From Trypanosoma brucei (lineage: Eukaryota), in assembly GCA_000002445.1 (NCBI GenBank), contig CH464491.1, positions 480,001 through 544,000 on the forward strand: DNA of 64,000 nucleotides. The letters are read 5' to 3'. Shown here piece by piece: positions 22,227 to 34,555 of the stretch (positions are counted from its first letter, which is position 1; each line of letters begins with the position of its first letter). Below the pieces are notes generated by a model. That model saw only the letters and a list, made by a program, of their open reading frames with translations, did no database searches and was not told where the DNA came from. Position numbers and translations under genes: made by a program.

Positions 22227-22871
22227 TCAATTCCGCACAACACACCACCCATCGGCATCCCGTTCGTACGCGTTCTTTCTTTTCTTACTCCTCCGTTTCT
22301 TCCGTTGCTCACTTTCCTCCACCTCATCCTTCATATCTAATCCGTCGCCCATTGTCTCCATTTCCTCTTCTTCATTCCCAACTACACCATCGTAAGTGTT
22401 GCTCATGGCTCCAGCACCAGCGAGTTCGTCCTCATCGTCCGCGCCGCCAACATTCATGGAGAGTTGCACGGGATTTACACGACGGTAAACCTCGAGACTC
22501 GCTACGTACCGCTCAACGGTGCTAAAGTCATTTTGGCAACATCTGCAGTACATGTCATGTAAGACGTCACCGACTTCCTTCATACTGTCATCCTCTACAA
22601 TAACCGAGCGAGCTTCACCAAAAAAGTTTTCAAAGAATATCTCCAAATCATCCGAGTACACTTCACCATCCTTCTGAAACCATGACACCAGCTCACGATA
22701 CATTGACGTAAGTGCTGAGAGATCGCAGTGCTGCGAAACAAGATGTAACGCCGTCCATTGATTTAGCACCGCATCCAAACCGACAATAAACCGTTGAAAC
22801 TGCTCCGCTGTGGCGCGATACGGCTGCCGCATTAACTGGAGTCCTACTGGTACTTGTTGTTGCTGCTGCAT
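22227..22871 (-). CDS. TSR2: Pre-rRNA-processing protein TSR2 homolog.
   Basis: Colinear similarity to yeast Tsr2 (GV...L..W..L block, the EDDSM...DMY...NDF...E region) and an acidic C-terminal tail followed by KKRRSKKRK. Confidence 0.55.
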   Translation of the reverse strand: MQQQQQVPVGLQLMRQPYRATAEQFQRFIVGLDAVLNQWTALHLVSQHCDLSALTSMYRELVSWFQKDGEVYSDDLEIFFENFFGEARSVIVEDDSMKEVGDVLHDMYCRCCQNDFSTVERYVASLEVYRRVNPVQLSMNVGGADDEDELAGAGAMSNTYDGVVGNEEEEMETMGDGLDMKDEVEESEQRKKRRSKKRKNAYERDADGWCVVRN

Positions 22872-23287
22872 GAAGTGCTGTAAGGTGAAACCAAACGATG
22901 AAAAAGCAAAAAAAGGGGGAAAACTGGCCTTTTCAACGTTTTTCGGTCAAATGTAGTCCAAAGAAAACGGTAAGTTGTCCTCTTTATTACTTTTGTTGTT
23001 GTGTTTCCCCTTCGTTTGTTTCTTTCCTTCTCAAGTTTACACTCCCTCTCCCCCTTTACCTGAAGGAGTAAATGAAGGAGGAGAAAATGAAGTTGATGCT
23101 CCTTACCACTCTTCACACATATAATGATAATAGTGACAACAACAAACAAAAGTCAGTACAAGGAAAAGCAGTCACCACAGCGGCAGAGAAGACCTTTCAT
23201 CGTATGATTAAGAAAAGAAAATTATACTCCTCCCTCTCCCCAGCGCTGGATCCCCTTGTTGCCACCCGAGAAACAAACACAAGCACA

Positions 23288-23307
23288 CATACATACACAC
23301 ACATACA

Positions 23308-23342
<35 letters not shown>
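23288..23342. repeat. (ACAT)n / (CATA)n microsatellite in an intergenic region.
   Basis: acatacatacatacatacatacatacatacatatatat. Confidence 0.9.
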
Positions 23343-24239
23343 GTGTGCATTCCTTTCTCCTTCATAACGCCAATAAATGAAGATTTTAACAACAATAATA
23401 ATAACGGCTGCAATGCGAGCCACGCCATTTCTGATCGTTTTAGTTTCTGTACGCCGTAGGCGTGGGGACAGTGCAAAATGTCAATGAGGAACAATAGCAT
23501 TAGGAACGCATTTCATAGGAACCAAAGTAACAGCAAAAAGGGGGAATAAAAGGCACTCTCTTAACGCTGCTATCGCTGCCGCACGCGCATCATCGGATCT
23601 TTTTCTTTTTTCTGTTGGAGGGAAGGGGGGTTCCATTTGCTGCAGTATGAGGGAATTCCACCACAACTTCTCTTGTCACTTTATTGGTGATCTCCCCATC
23701 TCCCCTCACCCGTGCCCGCGCCCGTATTGTACGTGTTGGATTTTTTTCTGTTGCTTATTCATTTATTACTCGACATGCTAGAGGAACACAAGCAAGTAAA
23801 AGAAGAAGCAAAATAAAGATTCTTACTTGTTTAATTATTGAACTCATTTGGATTGGCTGTCGGCTCCCTTCTCTCCCTTCGCCAACTTTCGTATACCCTT
23901 TTATCAGTTCATCCAAGTTCTGTTTTCCTGTGTGTAACGTCCTGCCTGCGTAAGCACAAAGACTTACGGGAACGGGGGAAAACGAAAAAGACATGAGGAA
24001 ATGGATTGTATGAAGTTGTGTGGGTAAGTTCATAATTTAAAACATAAAAAACTACCTCGCAAGCATGTGCTTGCACCTACACACACAGGTTCCTTCCTTC
24101 TCTGTAATTAAACGGCATGATCCATTACCAGCACCATAATTGTAAAGATTTAAAAAAACGAGTGAAATAAAACAAAAAAGCGAATGAAGTCGAGACAATT
24201 CTTAGAAATACCACGACACCACGCCACATGTTCACACAA

Positions 24240-25112
24240 TCAATCGCTCTCATCACTTTCACAATCCACAAAAGGTTGCAGTGGATACACGACTTCAGGT
24301 TCGTCCCCTGCAACGAGGCTACTGATGTAATCGCCTAAACGCTCTGCCACGCGACGAAGTATTCCTGTCTCTGCGCGGCAGCACCTGTACAAATTGCCAG
24401 GTTGATTGCGACGATCCGAATGTATAGGACAGCGTTCTTCCATATTTGGGCTGGCTCGCTCTTCCGCGTCAACAAGCGGGCTACACGCGGGAATTATGTC
24501 CTCAATCGCTTGCACGGTGTACAACATGGAGTCATCAGGTTGTTGGCTTAACAACCAATGAATAGAAACGCGCGCCATGTTCAACGTATCGCGTGTCGTT
24601 AGAAAAACAACAGCGCCAGTGCGGAGGGGAGTTGCATGTCTGTATCTAAAACTTTGGACAGCATCCATAGCTTCGAATAATTGTTCCACAAGTCTATCTG
24701 GATTGCCCCTGCACGGCAACCAGTTCTTGTCACCCTTCTGCTGAGCCTCCAGGAAATTTGTCTGCGCCTTCTTTATTCCACTAAAATCTTTTAACTTTGA
24801 TATATCCTCTTTCCCTATGTTTGGCGCAATGCCGTGAATATATTTCACCCTCCGCATCCAATCCTCCACAGACTTCTTCTGGCAGCAGAAATCACGGCAG
24901 GAAGGCATGTAAGCAAACCCACCATCGTAAAGAATTTCATTTTGATTTGGTGGTCCCCATGGATGACCGATAGCAAGGTAATGGCCCTCGACGGGGACGT
25001 GGCTTCGTACATTGTCTATGAAACCCACACATTCCTGCGATAAAAGTGTTTGAAATGAGACAAATATCACCGCCGCCTCCGCATCTTCGTCATGAAACTG
25101 GAATTCGCACAT
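24240..25112 (-). CDS. Hypothetical protein (290 aa). No family recognised.
   Basis: Clean ORF with ATG at 25110-25112, same orientation as the PTU. Confidence 0.5.
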   Translation of the reverse strand: MCEFQFHDEDAEAAVIFVSFQTLLSQECVGFIDNVRSHVPVEGHYLAIGHPWGPPNQNEILYDGGFAYMPSCRDFCCQKKSVEDWMRRVKYIHGIAPNIGKEDISKLKDFSGIKKAQTNFLEAQQKGDKNWLPCRGNPDRLVEQLFEAMDAVQSFRYRHATPLRTGAVVFLTTRDTLNMARVSIHWLLSQQPDDSMLYTVQAIEDIIPACSPLVDAEERASPNMEERCPIHSDRRNQPGNLYRCCRAETGILRRVAERLGDYISSLVAGDEPEVVYPLQPFVDCESDESD

Positions 25113-26338
25113 GAAGCGATTGTCTCACGACGCAGGCTCAGCAAATTTGGCTATAGCCTACAAACAGAGAAGTGGACACTACACGTAAACAAGAAGAAAA
25201 GGGAAAGAAAAAGAAAAGATTCAAAAAAAAGAGAAGAAGGGGAAGTAATCATAACTAAAAATGCTAACGAGAGAGAAATAAAAACAGTGGAAGAATCCAA
25301 ACATCACACAACCTGTCGTTTATGGTTTGCTAATGTTGCCGCGTGTATGTACTTTCTTGCCCTCGCCACTGAAGAGCTAAACACCATCTTGCAAACGGAA
25401 GTTTTCTCTAAACAAAGATTGATTTATTGGCAAATGTATCATATGCCCTGTTCACATATTTCTTGTATGTCTGCTCGTATTCCTCCTCTTCCTCCGTTCA
25501 GGCTCTATGTGACACTCAAACCCAAAATGCGCGGCAGTATATTTGCGAACATAAGTGTGGGTCGCATGGTTGGATATGAAGCAGCTTGGAGTTCCACATA
25601 CTCAAAGAGAAAAAGATAACTGCATCTGCTTCATATCCAACCATGCGCCTTTTTCTTTCTCTCTCAGTCCTGTCAGACACATACACAGCTCCGTCGGGTG
25701 TGGAGGAGTTTCCCGGGCACACGGCACTGCGTCAAACCCACAGCGGCAACAAAAAGAGAAGGAAAAGCAGACTGTGAGTGAAAAAAAAAAAAGCGGCACG
25801 GCGCATTTGCTCAGCAAAACCAAAGGGAAAGGGGGACCTTTGTTTATCTTATTCACTACGTATGTATACGCATATATATATATATATATATATATAATGA
25901 ATAAAATGAAAGGGAGGAGAATTCAGACAAAATTTAAATGCACCAGCACCAACCCACTGTACGATCAGCAACAACACAAAACACTACCAAACGCTGGTAT
26001 GCCGGAGGGACAAGCGAAGCAAGTATGACCACGATTTTCTCCTGGAAGTTTTCAAGTCCTTGATCGTGATTCTTTTCTTCATTAATTCTAAAGAAATGAT
26101 GACCATAACTATTTTTTTTTCTCCAGTAACACTATTCTTTTTTTTTCTTTTCCTTTGCCCTCCTCCACTAAAGCGAGCACACGTATCATTGTCGTCTATA
26201 TATATATATATATATATATTTACATATATATGTACAGGCGTATATGCAAACACTTCAATAAATCCCCCCTTGGCCAACGCAGGCACCAGTTCGTATGTGT
26301 TTCCAACCCCTTTTTGTTCCTCTACGAGCATATCCTTT

Positions 26339-28741
26339 CTATATTCCCGGGAGGTCAATTTCATCTCCACTGCTTTGCACCGCCTTTTTTCGGGCCACCG
26401 AGGACTGCGACTCACCCACGATGTCGTCCTCATCGGCACCTGACAAGGTCGACTTATCGCCCAGCCCAACTGTTGCGCGTCGTCCGGCGGTGGCTGCACC
26501 GGGGGCCGCGCTAGTGGGTGAAACCGTCTTTGCACCGTCATCGTCGTCAGCGCCGCCACTCACGGCACTGTCTTCCACCTGGCGGCGCTCTTCTAATTTC
26601 TTTACTTTCATGAACCACTCATTTGCTTCATCGATCAAACCAGCATCCTTACATAGGTGAACCAGATACCGCAAGCACTCAAGGTTCTCCGGGTACTTAC
26701 GGTGAAGCGCCTCGTAGAGTCGCTTGGCCTGCACGTAATCTCCGCGGCGGCGATGACACGAGGCGACCATGAGTTGCCACTTCACCTCCTGTGGTTGAAT
26801 TTGTGAGGCACGCTCAAAGAATTGAATGGCCTTGTCGTACACCTCATTCTTCACAAAGTAAGCACCAAGCCAAGAGATAACATCCATATTCACCTGGAAG
26901 TAGCGATAAGCCTCCAAATAATAATGGAACGCTTGACTGTCGTCCCCTTCGCGAGCGTAGAGGGAACCCATACGTGCCAAAATATTAGGATCGGTCGGAA
27001 CACGGCCAACAAGCCTATTAAACCACTCAGAGGTGGCAGGACTGCTCACTAGATCGCTGATATCAGCAATCTGATATACAATTTCATGGCTATCAACTAG
27101 CGACTGGCCCCGCTTGAACATCTTCAAGGCTTCCTCGTACAAGCCAAGCCGCTTCGCTGTGAGTCCGAGGTTATATATAGCTTCAATGTTGTCGGCCTCA
27201 ACGGCAAGCGCATCATTGTAGTAAGTTCGTGCCTTTTCATAATCAGCTTTGATGAAGAAGAAATTTCCCTTGTTAACAAGCGCTCTTGCATTGTAACGGT
27301 TTGCTTCAAGACTCATATCGCTATACCTCTCGCCACTTTCATAATCCCCTTCCAGGAAGTACAAGTATGCTAAATTCGTTGCCGCTCGCGCCCGCAGTAA
27401 CTTATCCTTCTTCTCGAAAGCCTTCAGTCCCTCGGTAGCTTCCTTGTAACTGTTATGCTTCAGGTAGTAGAGGCATTTGCACATCTCCAATTCACTTGCC
27501 AAATGCGACGAGGAGTCACGCATCTCGTAATGGCGGAGACGTTCAATTAAGTAATCATACCCAGCACGCCAATCCTTTTCGATGACGGGGGCAATCAACC
27601 GAGCAGCCGTCATAATACAGTAAAGAAAGTGTGTACGTTCCTCCTTAATCTTCTCCCGCAAAGAGTCGTCTACGAGAACATCCTTTTCCCCCTCCTCGAT
27701 TTCGTCTTCCCCTTCCGCACCGAGTGTTTTAAATGTTAACATCTTCTGGAATGTCCGCTTCATCCGCTCGGTTTCACCCAATGCATAGTAACACAAAAGG
27801 AGGTTAAAGGCCGCGTCGATGTCACCGTTCCCTTCCATAATGGCTTCGTAACTGCTCACCGCATCGCGATACTGCCCAAGTTTCACAAACGCATTGCCAA
27901 CGTTTCTCATAAGTTTATAGCGCAGTTCCTTGGAAGCCGACGGAGTCTCGTCCAACGTCATTCGGTACATTTTAATGGCAAGCAAATACTTATTTTGTGC
28001 GGCGTAAATATTTCCCATATTTACCCGAAGCCGTGAAGCATATGGAAACTGCAGATTGCGGATAATTAAATTATATGTGTTCAGTGCCTCGGTATACATT
28101 TGGTGGTTCTGGTACTGAACCGCTAGGTTAAAGTGCACGGCGTAAGTGAGGTCAGAGTTGATTTGATCCGCAAGGCCCAAGTTCTCACGCTGCTTGCAGA
28201 GGAAGCGCTCCTTCTTACCGGCTTCTTTCGCCTTCTCTAATGCGCCTCCGTAGTCTTTGCGCAGTGCCAATACAGCGCTCTCCTCAATGAGTTTGTGCGT
28301 CATTTTTTCAATTTCCACGCACTGCTCCTCGGGGCTGTTCTCCCCCCGCTTCTTGAGTGGTGGTGCCGGCCCCATTGCCATTGCCGTACGGCCCTGTCCT
28401 GTTGGGTCAAACACTGCACCATTAACATTGCGTCCCTTCGCTGCATTAAAGCCAACTCCGCGGTTGGACGTCATGGGTCGGGCCGCAGCTCCGCCAAAGT
28501 TTTCTAAGCGGCTACCGGGAACGCCCCACGCTGAGCCACCGCTCTCTCCACCCCACTTTGACGGAGGCGCCTGCATGAGCGGGTTCTTCACTCCTCCAGG
28601 ACCTCCATTGGCACCAGCTGGCATGCCTCGTGGGAAGCCCTGAGTCCCGCCCTGCGCCATGTCACCGAACGCATCTTGCATCTCCGGTTCAAATGAAGCA
28701 TAAATATCTTCCTCCATGCCGTCACCCTGTTGTAAGTCCAT
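26339..28741 (-). CDS. IFT88: Intraflagellar transport protein 88 (IFT88/Polaris), a TPR-repeat IFT-B subunit.
   Basis: 800 aa TPR protein colinear with human IFT88 over most of its length (e.g. NLAVQYQNHQMYTEALNTYNLIIRN, NMGNIY, KWQLMVASCHRRRGDYVQAKRLYEALHRKYPENLECLRYLVHLCKD). Confidence 0.9.
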   Translation of the reverse strand: MDLQQGDGMEEDIYASFEPEMQDAFGDMAQGGTQGFPRGMPAGANGGPGGVKNPLMQAPPSKWGGESGGSAWGVPGSRLENFGGAAARPMTSNRGVGFNAAKGRNVNGAVFDPTGQGRTAMAMGPAPPLKKRGENSPEEQCVEIEKMTHKLIEESAVLALRKDYGGALEKAKEAGKKERFLCKQRENLGLADQINSDLTYAVHFNLAVQYQNHQMYTEALNTYNLIIRNLQFPYASRLRVNMGNIYAAQNKYLLAIKMYRMTLDETPSASKELRYKLMRNVGNAFVKLGQYRDAVSSYEAIMEGNGDIDAAFNLLLCYYALGETERMKRTFQKMLTFKTLGAEGEDEIEEGEKDVLVDDSLREKIKEERTHFLYCIMTAARLIAPVIEKDWRAGYDYLIERLRHYEMRDSSSHLASELEMCKCLYYLKHNSYKEATEGLKAFEKKDKLLRARAATNLAYLYFLEGDYESGERYSDMSLEANRYNARALVNKGNFFFIKADYEKARTYYNDALAVEADNIEAIYNLGLTAKRLGLYEEALKMFKRGQSLVDSHEIVYQIADISDLVSSPATSEWFNRLVGRVPTDPNILARMGSLYAREGDDSQAFHYYLEAYRYFQVNMDVISWLGAYFVKNEVYDKAIQFFERASQIQPQEVKWQLMVASCHRRRGDYVQAKRLYEALHRKYPENLECLRYLVHLCKDAGLIDEANEWFMKVKKLEERRQVEDSAVSGGADDDDGAKTVSPTSAAPGAATAGRRATVGLGDKSTLSGADEDDIVGESQSSVARKKAVQSSGDEIDLPGI

Positions 28742-29372
28742 CTGCAGTAACTCACCACGAACTTACTCGAATAAATGTATAATATATGATGATGAATAGG
28801 CCTGTCCTCTCTTACCTTGTACCCTCCACTTCAAGCAGTAAAGAACCCCTCTCTGATATTGCTGTCGGTGACGGCGTTGCAACAAATGATAATAAAAAAT
28901 ATTCTTTTCTTTATTTCGACTCAAATTCCTCCAACTTACCCTCTCAGCTAACTGGCTCTCTCCTACTTTTTGCGTTGTTCTTCAAATTCCCACTTGGAAT
29001 CTACCAACGTGGAAAAAAAAAGACGAAAAACAAGGAAGAAATAGGGGGAAATGCTAAAGTGAAGTTAGGTAGCTCCGCCAAAATGAGTAAACGTAACAAC
29101 AAAAAATTGATTCAAACCCCACCTCAACCCATACACTTGAGGAGGACTCGGGAAAAGTGGTTGTTCGTACATGTCGGAAACGAAAAGCACCATCATAAAA
29201 ATTCTCAGAGAGCAAAAAAAAAAGACACGTATAACCTGACAAACACGTATCGACATATTTTATCGGCGTAATGTTCCTCCAGCAACCCCCACACTCAACA
29301 GCACTACTTTCCCCGCATATCTTAATTTCCCTGTCTCCGAACACTCCCTCGCTCCCCACACAAACGCAAACC

Positions 29373-29397
29373 CACACACACACACACACACACACAC
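29373..29397. repeat. (CA)n microsatellite (intergenic).
   Basis: cacacacacacacacacacacacac. Similar (CA)n at 21899-21920 and (TA)n at 25873-25897, 26197-26219 and 34783-34797. Confidence 0.9.
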
Positions 29398-29424
29398 TTA
29401 ATTTAAGGTTGGTCTTTTAATGTA

Positions 29425-30408
29425 TTAGAAGGTTGGGGGCGGCAGCTGCCATTGAGTTTGGTTGCTATCGGGGTTCAATGGCATATGGTTCCCACCACTT
29501 GCCACACTTGCTATAGGATGATGAATTGCTGAAGGTTGCTGAGATTGATAACTAAATTGTTGTTGGTATGTGTGTTGCGGTGATAATGGTGGTTGTTGCA
29601 CTGTTGGTGGATGCGGTACACTTTGCGGGTACATCTGCTGGGGAAACGGACTACATCCTAAATTAGTTGTATTCACCATGTCTGAACCATAAGGTGGCTG
29701 CTGCGGACCACTGGAAAAATGTTGTTGAGCAACCTGAGAGTAAGATTCGGGACCCGGCGTCGGTGCTGAAGTCGTAGCGAAGTAGTCCGGAAGGGCGTAC
29801 TGCGGCCGGTGAGGAATATTCCCAGTAGATCGCTGCGTACCAAATGGACCATGACCATACGAACCCGGTTGCTGCGACAGACCAGAAACAAATGGCTGAC
29901 CACCTTGGTTCACACGGGACAGTGGCGCCCCCACAAAAGACGATGACCCGCGTTGCATTGGTGGCGGTGGCGGCAGCGGAACGGCCTTTTCCCCTGAACG
30001 CTCAAGTTCCTCCTCCTGCAAGCGCTGCTGGAACTCAGCCTTTATACTCTCCGGTGCATCGGGGCTCACGTTCCAGCGATTTAGCTCCTTATCAAAGTAG
30101 TACCAGTTCTTCGACACGGGGAGACCGTTTTCGTCCAACTCTACCTTATCACTGTTACACGCACTGTGGGCACCACTGTTGCATGCCCCACTGAAAGGAG
30201 CGTCCAAACCGAGGTTTCCCACACCCCCGTGGCTGTTATCACCGGAACCAAAAACAACATCCGTCAATTTGTGCAAGCATGTGTCTATCCTTGACGCACC
30301 AGCGGATCCTGGACGAGATTCTAACGTGGAACCATCTCCAGAGGCTCCGCGGCCGCCAATGTTAATGCCAAGTTTTGTGCTCAGCCAGCCAACAGCTTGC
30401 AGAGACAT
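29425..30408 (-). CDS. Hypothetical Gln/Pro-rich protein (~327 aa) with a short W..YYFD...W..P motif (WW-like).
   Basis: Start placed at the internal ATG (MSLQAVGW...). The upstream part of the track ORF is low-complexity hydrophobic sequence typical of UTR. The C-terminal half is P/Q-rich. Confidence 0.45.
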   Translation of the reverse strand: MSLQAVGWLSTKLGINIGGRGASGDGSTLESRPGSAGASRIDTCLHKLTDVVFGSGDNSHGGVGNLGLDAPFSGACNSGAHSACNSDKVELDENGLPVSKNWYYFDKELNRWNVSPDAPESIKAEFQQRLQEEELERSGEKAVPLPPPPPMQRGSSSFVGAPLSRVNQGGQPFVSGLSQQPGSYGHGPFGTQRSTGNIPHRPQYALPDYFATTSAPTPGPESYSQVAQQHFSSGPQQPPYGSDMVNTTNLGCSPFPQQMYPQSVPHPPTVQQPPLSPQHTYQQQFSYQSQQPSAIHHPIASVASGGNHMPLNPDSNQTQWQLPPPTF

Positions 30409-31709
30409 ACGCTTAGAGTCGGTAGTTTCTATTCCAATCTTGCTACATGTGGGGTACAAAAAAAAAGTGTAAGGAAGGGAGGGAGGGAGGGGTGATAAAA
30501 ATAAATAATTCGGCTGGTTAGCCAACCCAGCAGTAATGATATTCCCGAGAAAGAAAATATAAGAAAAAATGTCCAAAAACAAATAACAATACTTTATGTG
30601 AAATAATAGGAACTCTGCAGACTGCAGTAAATAGTTCAGTACACTACACAATCCACTGCTCACGCACATGCACACAGACAACAGTGCAAGATTAGTTTCA
30701 ACAAACCGCGTGACATACAAAATTCGCCCTCAGGCAAGAACTGTTAGGGAAACTTTAATTATGCTGGCCTCTAGCCTTCACCACTGCGCGAAACCATTGT
30801 CTTTAGTGCGTCAACCCCATTCATCTCACCCCCTTGTCTTTCATGAAAGGGGAGTAAACTTAAGAAAAAAAAATAGTTTTAAAAAAAGGGAAATAAAAAC
30901 CTTCCACACAGGCTCCTCGTACCAAAAAAAGGCTACGCCCATAGCAACGGTCACGCATAGGCACGAAACAGCAAAAAAAAAACGGCACCTGCACACCCGA
31001 ACAAAAATACAGCGATCACACGAGCATATGGGGGGAAAAAAAAAGCATTCATATCAAAAGGACTCATTTAATCAACACCAACACGCAGGTCCAGGCACAT
31101 GCGAGGTAGCTCATATGGGGCCGCATCTGCGCCATGACAACCGCTGCATGCTACCCAGTTAACGGTATTTCACTCGTAAACTCACTATGTGTTCAAACAA
31201 ACAAAACTGATCCCAAAATATCAAAATAAAAATGAACAGAGAACAGGAAAAGGTCACCCCTCAGCTGTGTCAACGCATGTGAAGACCTTGTAAAACATAA
31301 ACATCGACAGAAAGTAAATAAGTGGAACAAAAAACGCCCCAACTCCCGCAAATACATCACTGGGGTGCACATACACAAAAAATCACCAGGAGTTCCAAAG
31401 AACAGCGGACAAGCGCCAGCAAATGTGAGGGCTGAGGAGGGAAAAAGACAAAGAAATGCGCGTGTGGTCATAAAATAGCTAGTGGTGGTGTCAACCCAAC
31501 CATCCAATACGATGAATGTAAGGAAAAAAAGAAAACGCAGCAAAGAGACCTCGTTTTTTGCAGATAGCGCCAATCCACACAAAGAGGGAAGCTGTGAGAA
31601 CACAGCAAAGCAGCGAGTCTTTACACAGAGTCACGTTTGTAGTTTGATAGTGGCTGACATCAAACCATTACCCAATAGACAATCGTCTTTTCGCATCGTA
31701 AAAGATGTG

Positions 31710-33062
31710 TCACCCCCTCACGCAGTGAGCAACACGCATTTCCGTTTCGTTCACTTTTCCTAAGCACAACTCGATAAGTCGCCGTACATTATCTCCTTCA
31801 GCGGTGGTTGGGCCCGACGACCGGAGTACCTGCAGCCGATATACTAGAAAACTACGAATGCACCCGAAGTTCCAGTTTGTCCCACCCATTAGTAAGTTCT
31901 CCACATGGTCGTGCCACGCACCAACATCATCACCAAATAACGTCAAACGCACCTCATCTCCCAGAAGCATCCAAAGTCGATTTGCGTCCCTACAGAAGGC
32001 GTCCACCATCCTCTCCACGCACCACTCGTTACACCAGTTATGATTGATGGAAATAACCAAGTCCACTACACTTTCGTTGGGAGTAGAAACGGATTCTATC
32101 CCCTCACAGCTAGTAGCCGCAACGTTCGCAGTCTCTCTAGTTTGTGGTAAAGTGAAACATGACCCTTTTACGTTATGCACTTGATGCAAATAGCAGCTTG
32201 GTACAAATACAAGATCACCTGGATACTGCGTGACTGTCCATAACTCGGCACCAGCGGTTGTGCGGATGTCTGGCGCAAGAGCGACTCCATGAAGTCCACC
32301 CCGCAGCAACGTTTGGTTGCCCTCAGGGGTGGGGAAAAACCACAACTTCTCACCGCAGACGTTCAACGACCATGAATAAGTTCCAAAAACATCAAAATGT
32401 AACGGTGTCCAGCTTCTGGGCGGTCCAATGTAAGCAAAACGATAATCACTCTCCTCCTCGCCAAAGTAGCGGTATTTTGAATCACCATGTTGCGAAAACC
32501 TGCAAAACTCATCCATCCAATCTGGGCCTAGATAACATGGAACGCAGTAGAGATTGCCGCCATGCACAACCGCGCGGCGACCGTTACACACTGCCGCATT
32601 CCCTTCTTCAGCATCAGAGGCAACAACAGATGAAACACCCCGCAGGTCGGGCGCACCCACACAAGACGACACCGCCTCGAGATCAGACTGCATGTGCCAG
32701 TCTTTTACATACACCAAAGTTGGGCTGCCCCTCCAGCGTTCAATGACTTCAAATAATCTCAGCTTGCTACATTTCATGTGACCTTCGCTTATGCCGTCCT
32801 TCAGAGAATCGGAAGCCACAGTAGCGGGGCTCTCAGTCGCAGGAACCACATGATCCCCACCGAAAAGGTTTACTACACCAATTGGCGAAAGGTGCGACTG
32901 CATGTCGCCCAGAGGTGAAAAGTACGGAGACGGACCGGAGCCTCCAACAGAGTTAGTAGTACTGTCTACTGCAGCATGGCGAATGATGGCAGGGAGATTG
33001 GGTTTGAGACAACATTCACGAAACTGCTCGAAAGTTAGCGTGCGTCCGTCCAGTTCCAGCAT
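31710..33062 (-). CDS. JmjC-domain (cupin) protein, a putative 2-oxoglutarate/Fe(II)-dependent hydroxylase or demethylase.
   Basis: JmjC core (PLHFDVFGTYSWSLNVCGEKLWFFPTP ... YPGDLVFVPSCYLHQVHNV). The track start at 33155 is TTG and the first ATG is at 33060-33062. Confidence 0.6.
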   Translation of the reverse strand: MLELDGRTLTFEQFRECCLKPNLPAIIRHAAVDSTTNSVGGSGPSPYFSPLGDMQSHLSPIGVVNLFGGDHVVPATESPATVASDSLKDGISEGHMKCSKLRLFEVIERWRGSPTLVYVKDWHMQSDLEAVSSCVGAPDLRGVSSVVASDAEEGNAAVCNGRRAVVHGGNLYCVPCYLGPDWMDEFCRFSQHGDSKYRYFGEEESDYRFAYIGPPRSWTPLHFDVFGTYSWSLNVCGEKLWFFPTPEGNQTLLRGGLHGVALAPDIRTTAGAELWTVTQYPGDLVFVPSCYLHQVHNVKGSCFTLPQTRETANVAATSCEGIESVSTPNESVVDLVISINHNWCNEWCVERMVDAFCRDANRLWMLLGDEVRLTLFGDDVGAWHDHVENLLMGGTNWNFGCIRSFLVYRLQVLRSSGPTTAEGDNVRRLIELCLGKVNETEMRVAHCVRG

Positions 33063-33874
33063 AGCCAACAGAAACTTGCAAAAATATATACCCGTCCTTC
33101 CTTTCCTTTCGTGGTGCAAGCGCGCTCCCACAGGTTCCACACAACTGGGGCACAAAAGTGGTAAAACAACCTCCGACTGATTTTTCTACTAAACATTCAT
33201 TTTTAATATGGACACGAAAAAAACAATGCAAAACGTATTAAAGGTAAGAAAATACATACACAACTCAAAGGTCGTTAAGCGCAACGAGTGGACATGATAT
33301 AGCCGTATGGCAGCATTACACGCTAGGGGCTACACGGTAAGAAATAATATAAACCGATCCCAATGCTGGTCATTCAAGGTCGTACCAACAAGCATATGTA
33401 TCCATACGCACCACACATATCGTATTTGCATGCCCTGCAATATAGACAGGTGGCGGACTAACAGCTCCTCGTTGGTGCAAAGTGCCATCTTGTAGAGGAA
33501 AGTCCATCCTTTTTGACGCGTTTCGTATTACTACCCATGTCGAAAATGACACCACGGGAACTCTTTGGCGCACGGCTATCACAGATTCCCTCTCCATGCA
33601 CCTCCGGTTACACACACAAAAAAAATGAGCACATCCAAGAAATAAGCAGGCCTTTCCTCACACGTGCCGAGTTTCATGTATGTCGATTCCATGCAGCTCT
33701 CTGAGAAAATACGATAACATTGTGAATTCATAATAAAGTCCGATGACTCACACAGCAGCAGAGAAACAGACATATTGAGCCGCACCTCATCCCCAGCACC
33801 AAGTGAATTTAGAACTAAAACGGAGAACTAAAAGGGAAAAAAGTGACGCACCAGGTCATGCTTGTGGATGAATC

Positions 33875-34555
33875 CTACTCAATACCAGTTTCCTCATCAC
33901 TTCCCTCCTCCTCCCCTCCTTCTTCCTCCTCCTCCTCTTCACCAAAGAAAAATGGCACCTTGTGTCGTATGTTATTCCTGTTAGGGTTCATATGCTCCAA
34001 CTCGCCGATATCGCTGCTACCCTCCACACTTGACTGATACCCCTCACATGAAGGCAGAGGGTACGCCACTTTGGGAAGAGTCGACGTCGTGGTATGCGCC
34101 GTTTTGGCGTACTGCGGCTGCTGTTCCATCTCTCGTCTATTCCTTTCCACGTAGTCCTGGACAGCACCTACTAGTCTCTTCCACTCGGGCTGCTCACGGA
34201 AGAAATGCTTTAGTTGGTCCGGCGACGGTTTAGAGGCAACCGTCGAGCGATCCGCCACAACAACAATGTCGCGCACCGCGAGCCAAATGACCTTTCGAAA
34301 CTTTCCGGGGATAAACACGAGATGCTCTTCCGCCTTGTCTGCGCTAGGGCTCGCTCCGTTATGTTTTTCTACAGTAGCAGCGTCCGTGCCCGCGGAGAGT
34401 GGTGGCTCCACAAAGATGACACGCACATGTTGACCTTGAGGCGCCTCCGTACAGACCGCTAAAACTTCTCCTTCCCCAAGTCCACACCACGCGGATGCAT
34501 CGAGGAACTGTCGCGTAAGATGCTTTGCACGGTGCTTCCTGCCACAACCGCTCAT
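33875..34555 (-). CDS. eIF1A-domain-containing protein (eIF1AD/haponin-like), S1-type OB fold with an acidic tail.
   Basis: Colinear with eIF1AD (HLVFIPGKFRKVIWLAVRDIVVVAD vs [25 protein letters not shown]) and a poly-Glu C-terminus. Confidence 0.55.
   Translation of the reverse strand: MSGCGRKHRAKHLTRQFLDASAWCGLGEGEVLAVCTEAPQGQHVRVIFVEPPLSAGTDAATVEKHNGASPSADKAEEHLVFIPGKFRKVIWLAVRDIVVVADRSTVASKPSPDQLKHFFREQPEWKRLVGAVQDYVERNRREMEQQPQYAKTAHTTTSTLPKVAYPLPSCEGYQSSVEGSSDIGELEHMNPNRNNIRHKVPFFFGEEEEEEEGGEEEGSDEETGIE

Noticed and set aside
25984-26559. A 191-aa minus ORF overlapping the 3' end of IFT88 in another frame.
   Set aside because: It overlaps a strongly supported gene and reads through a (TA)n microsatellite and UTR-like sequence with no protein-like composition.
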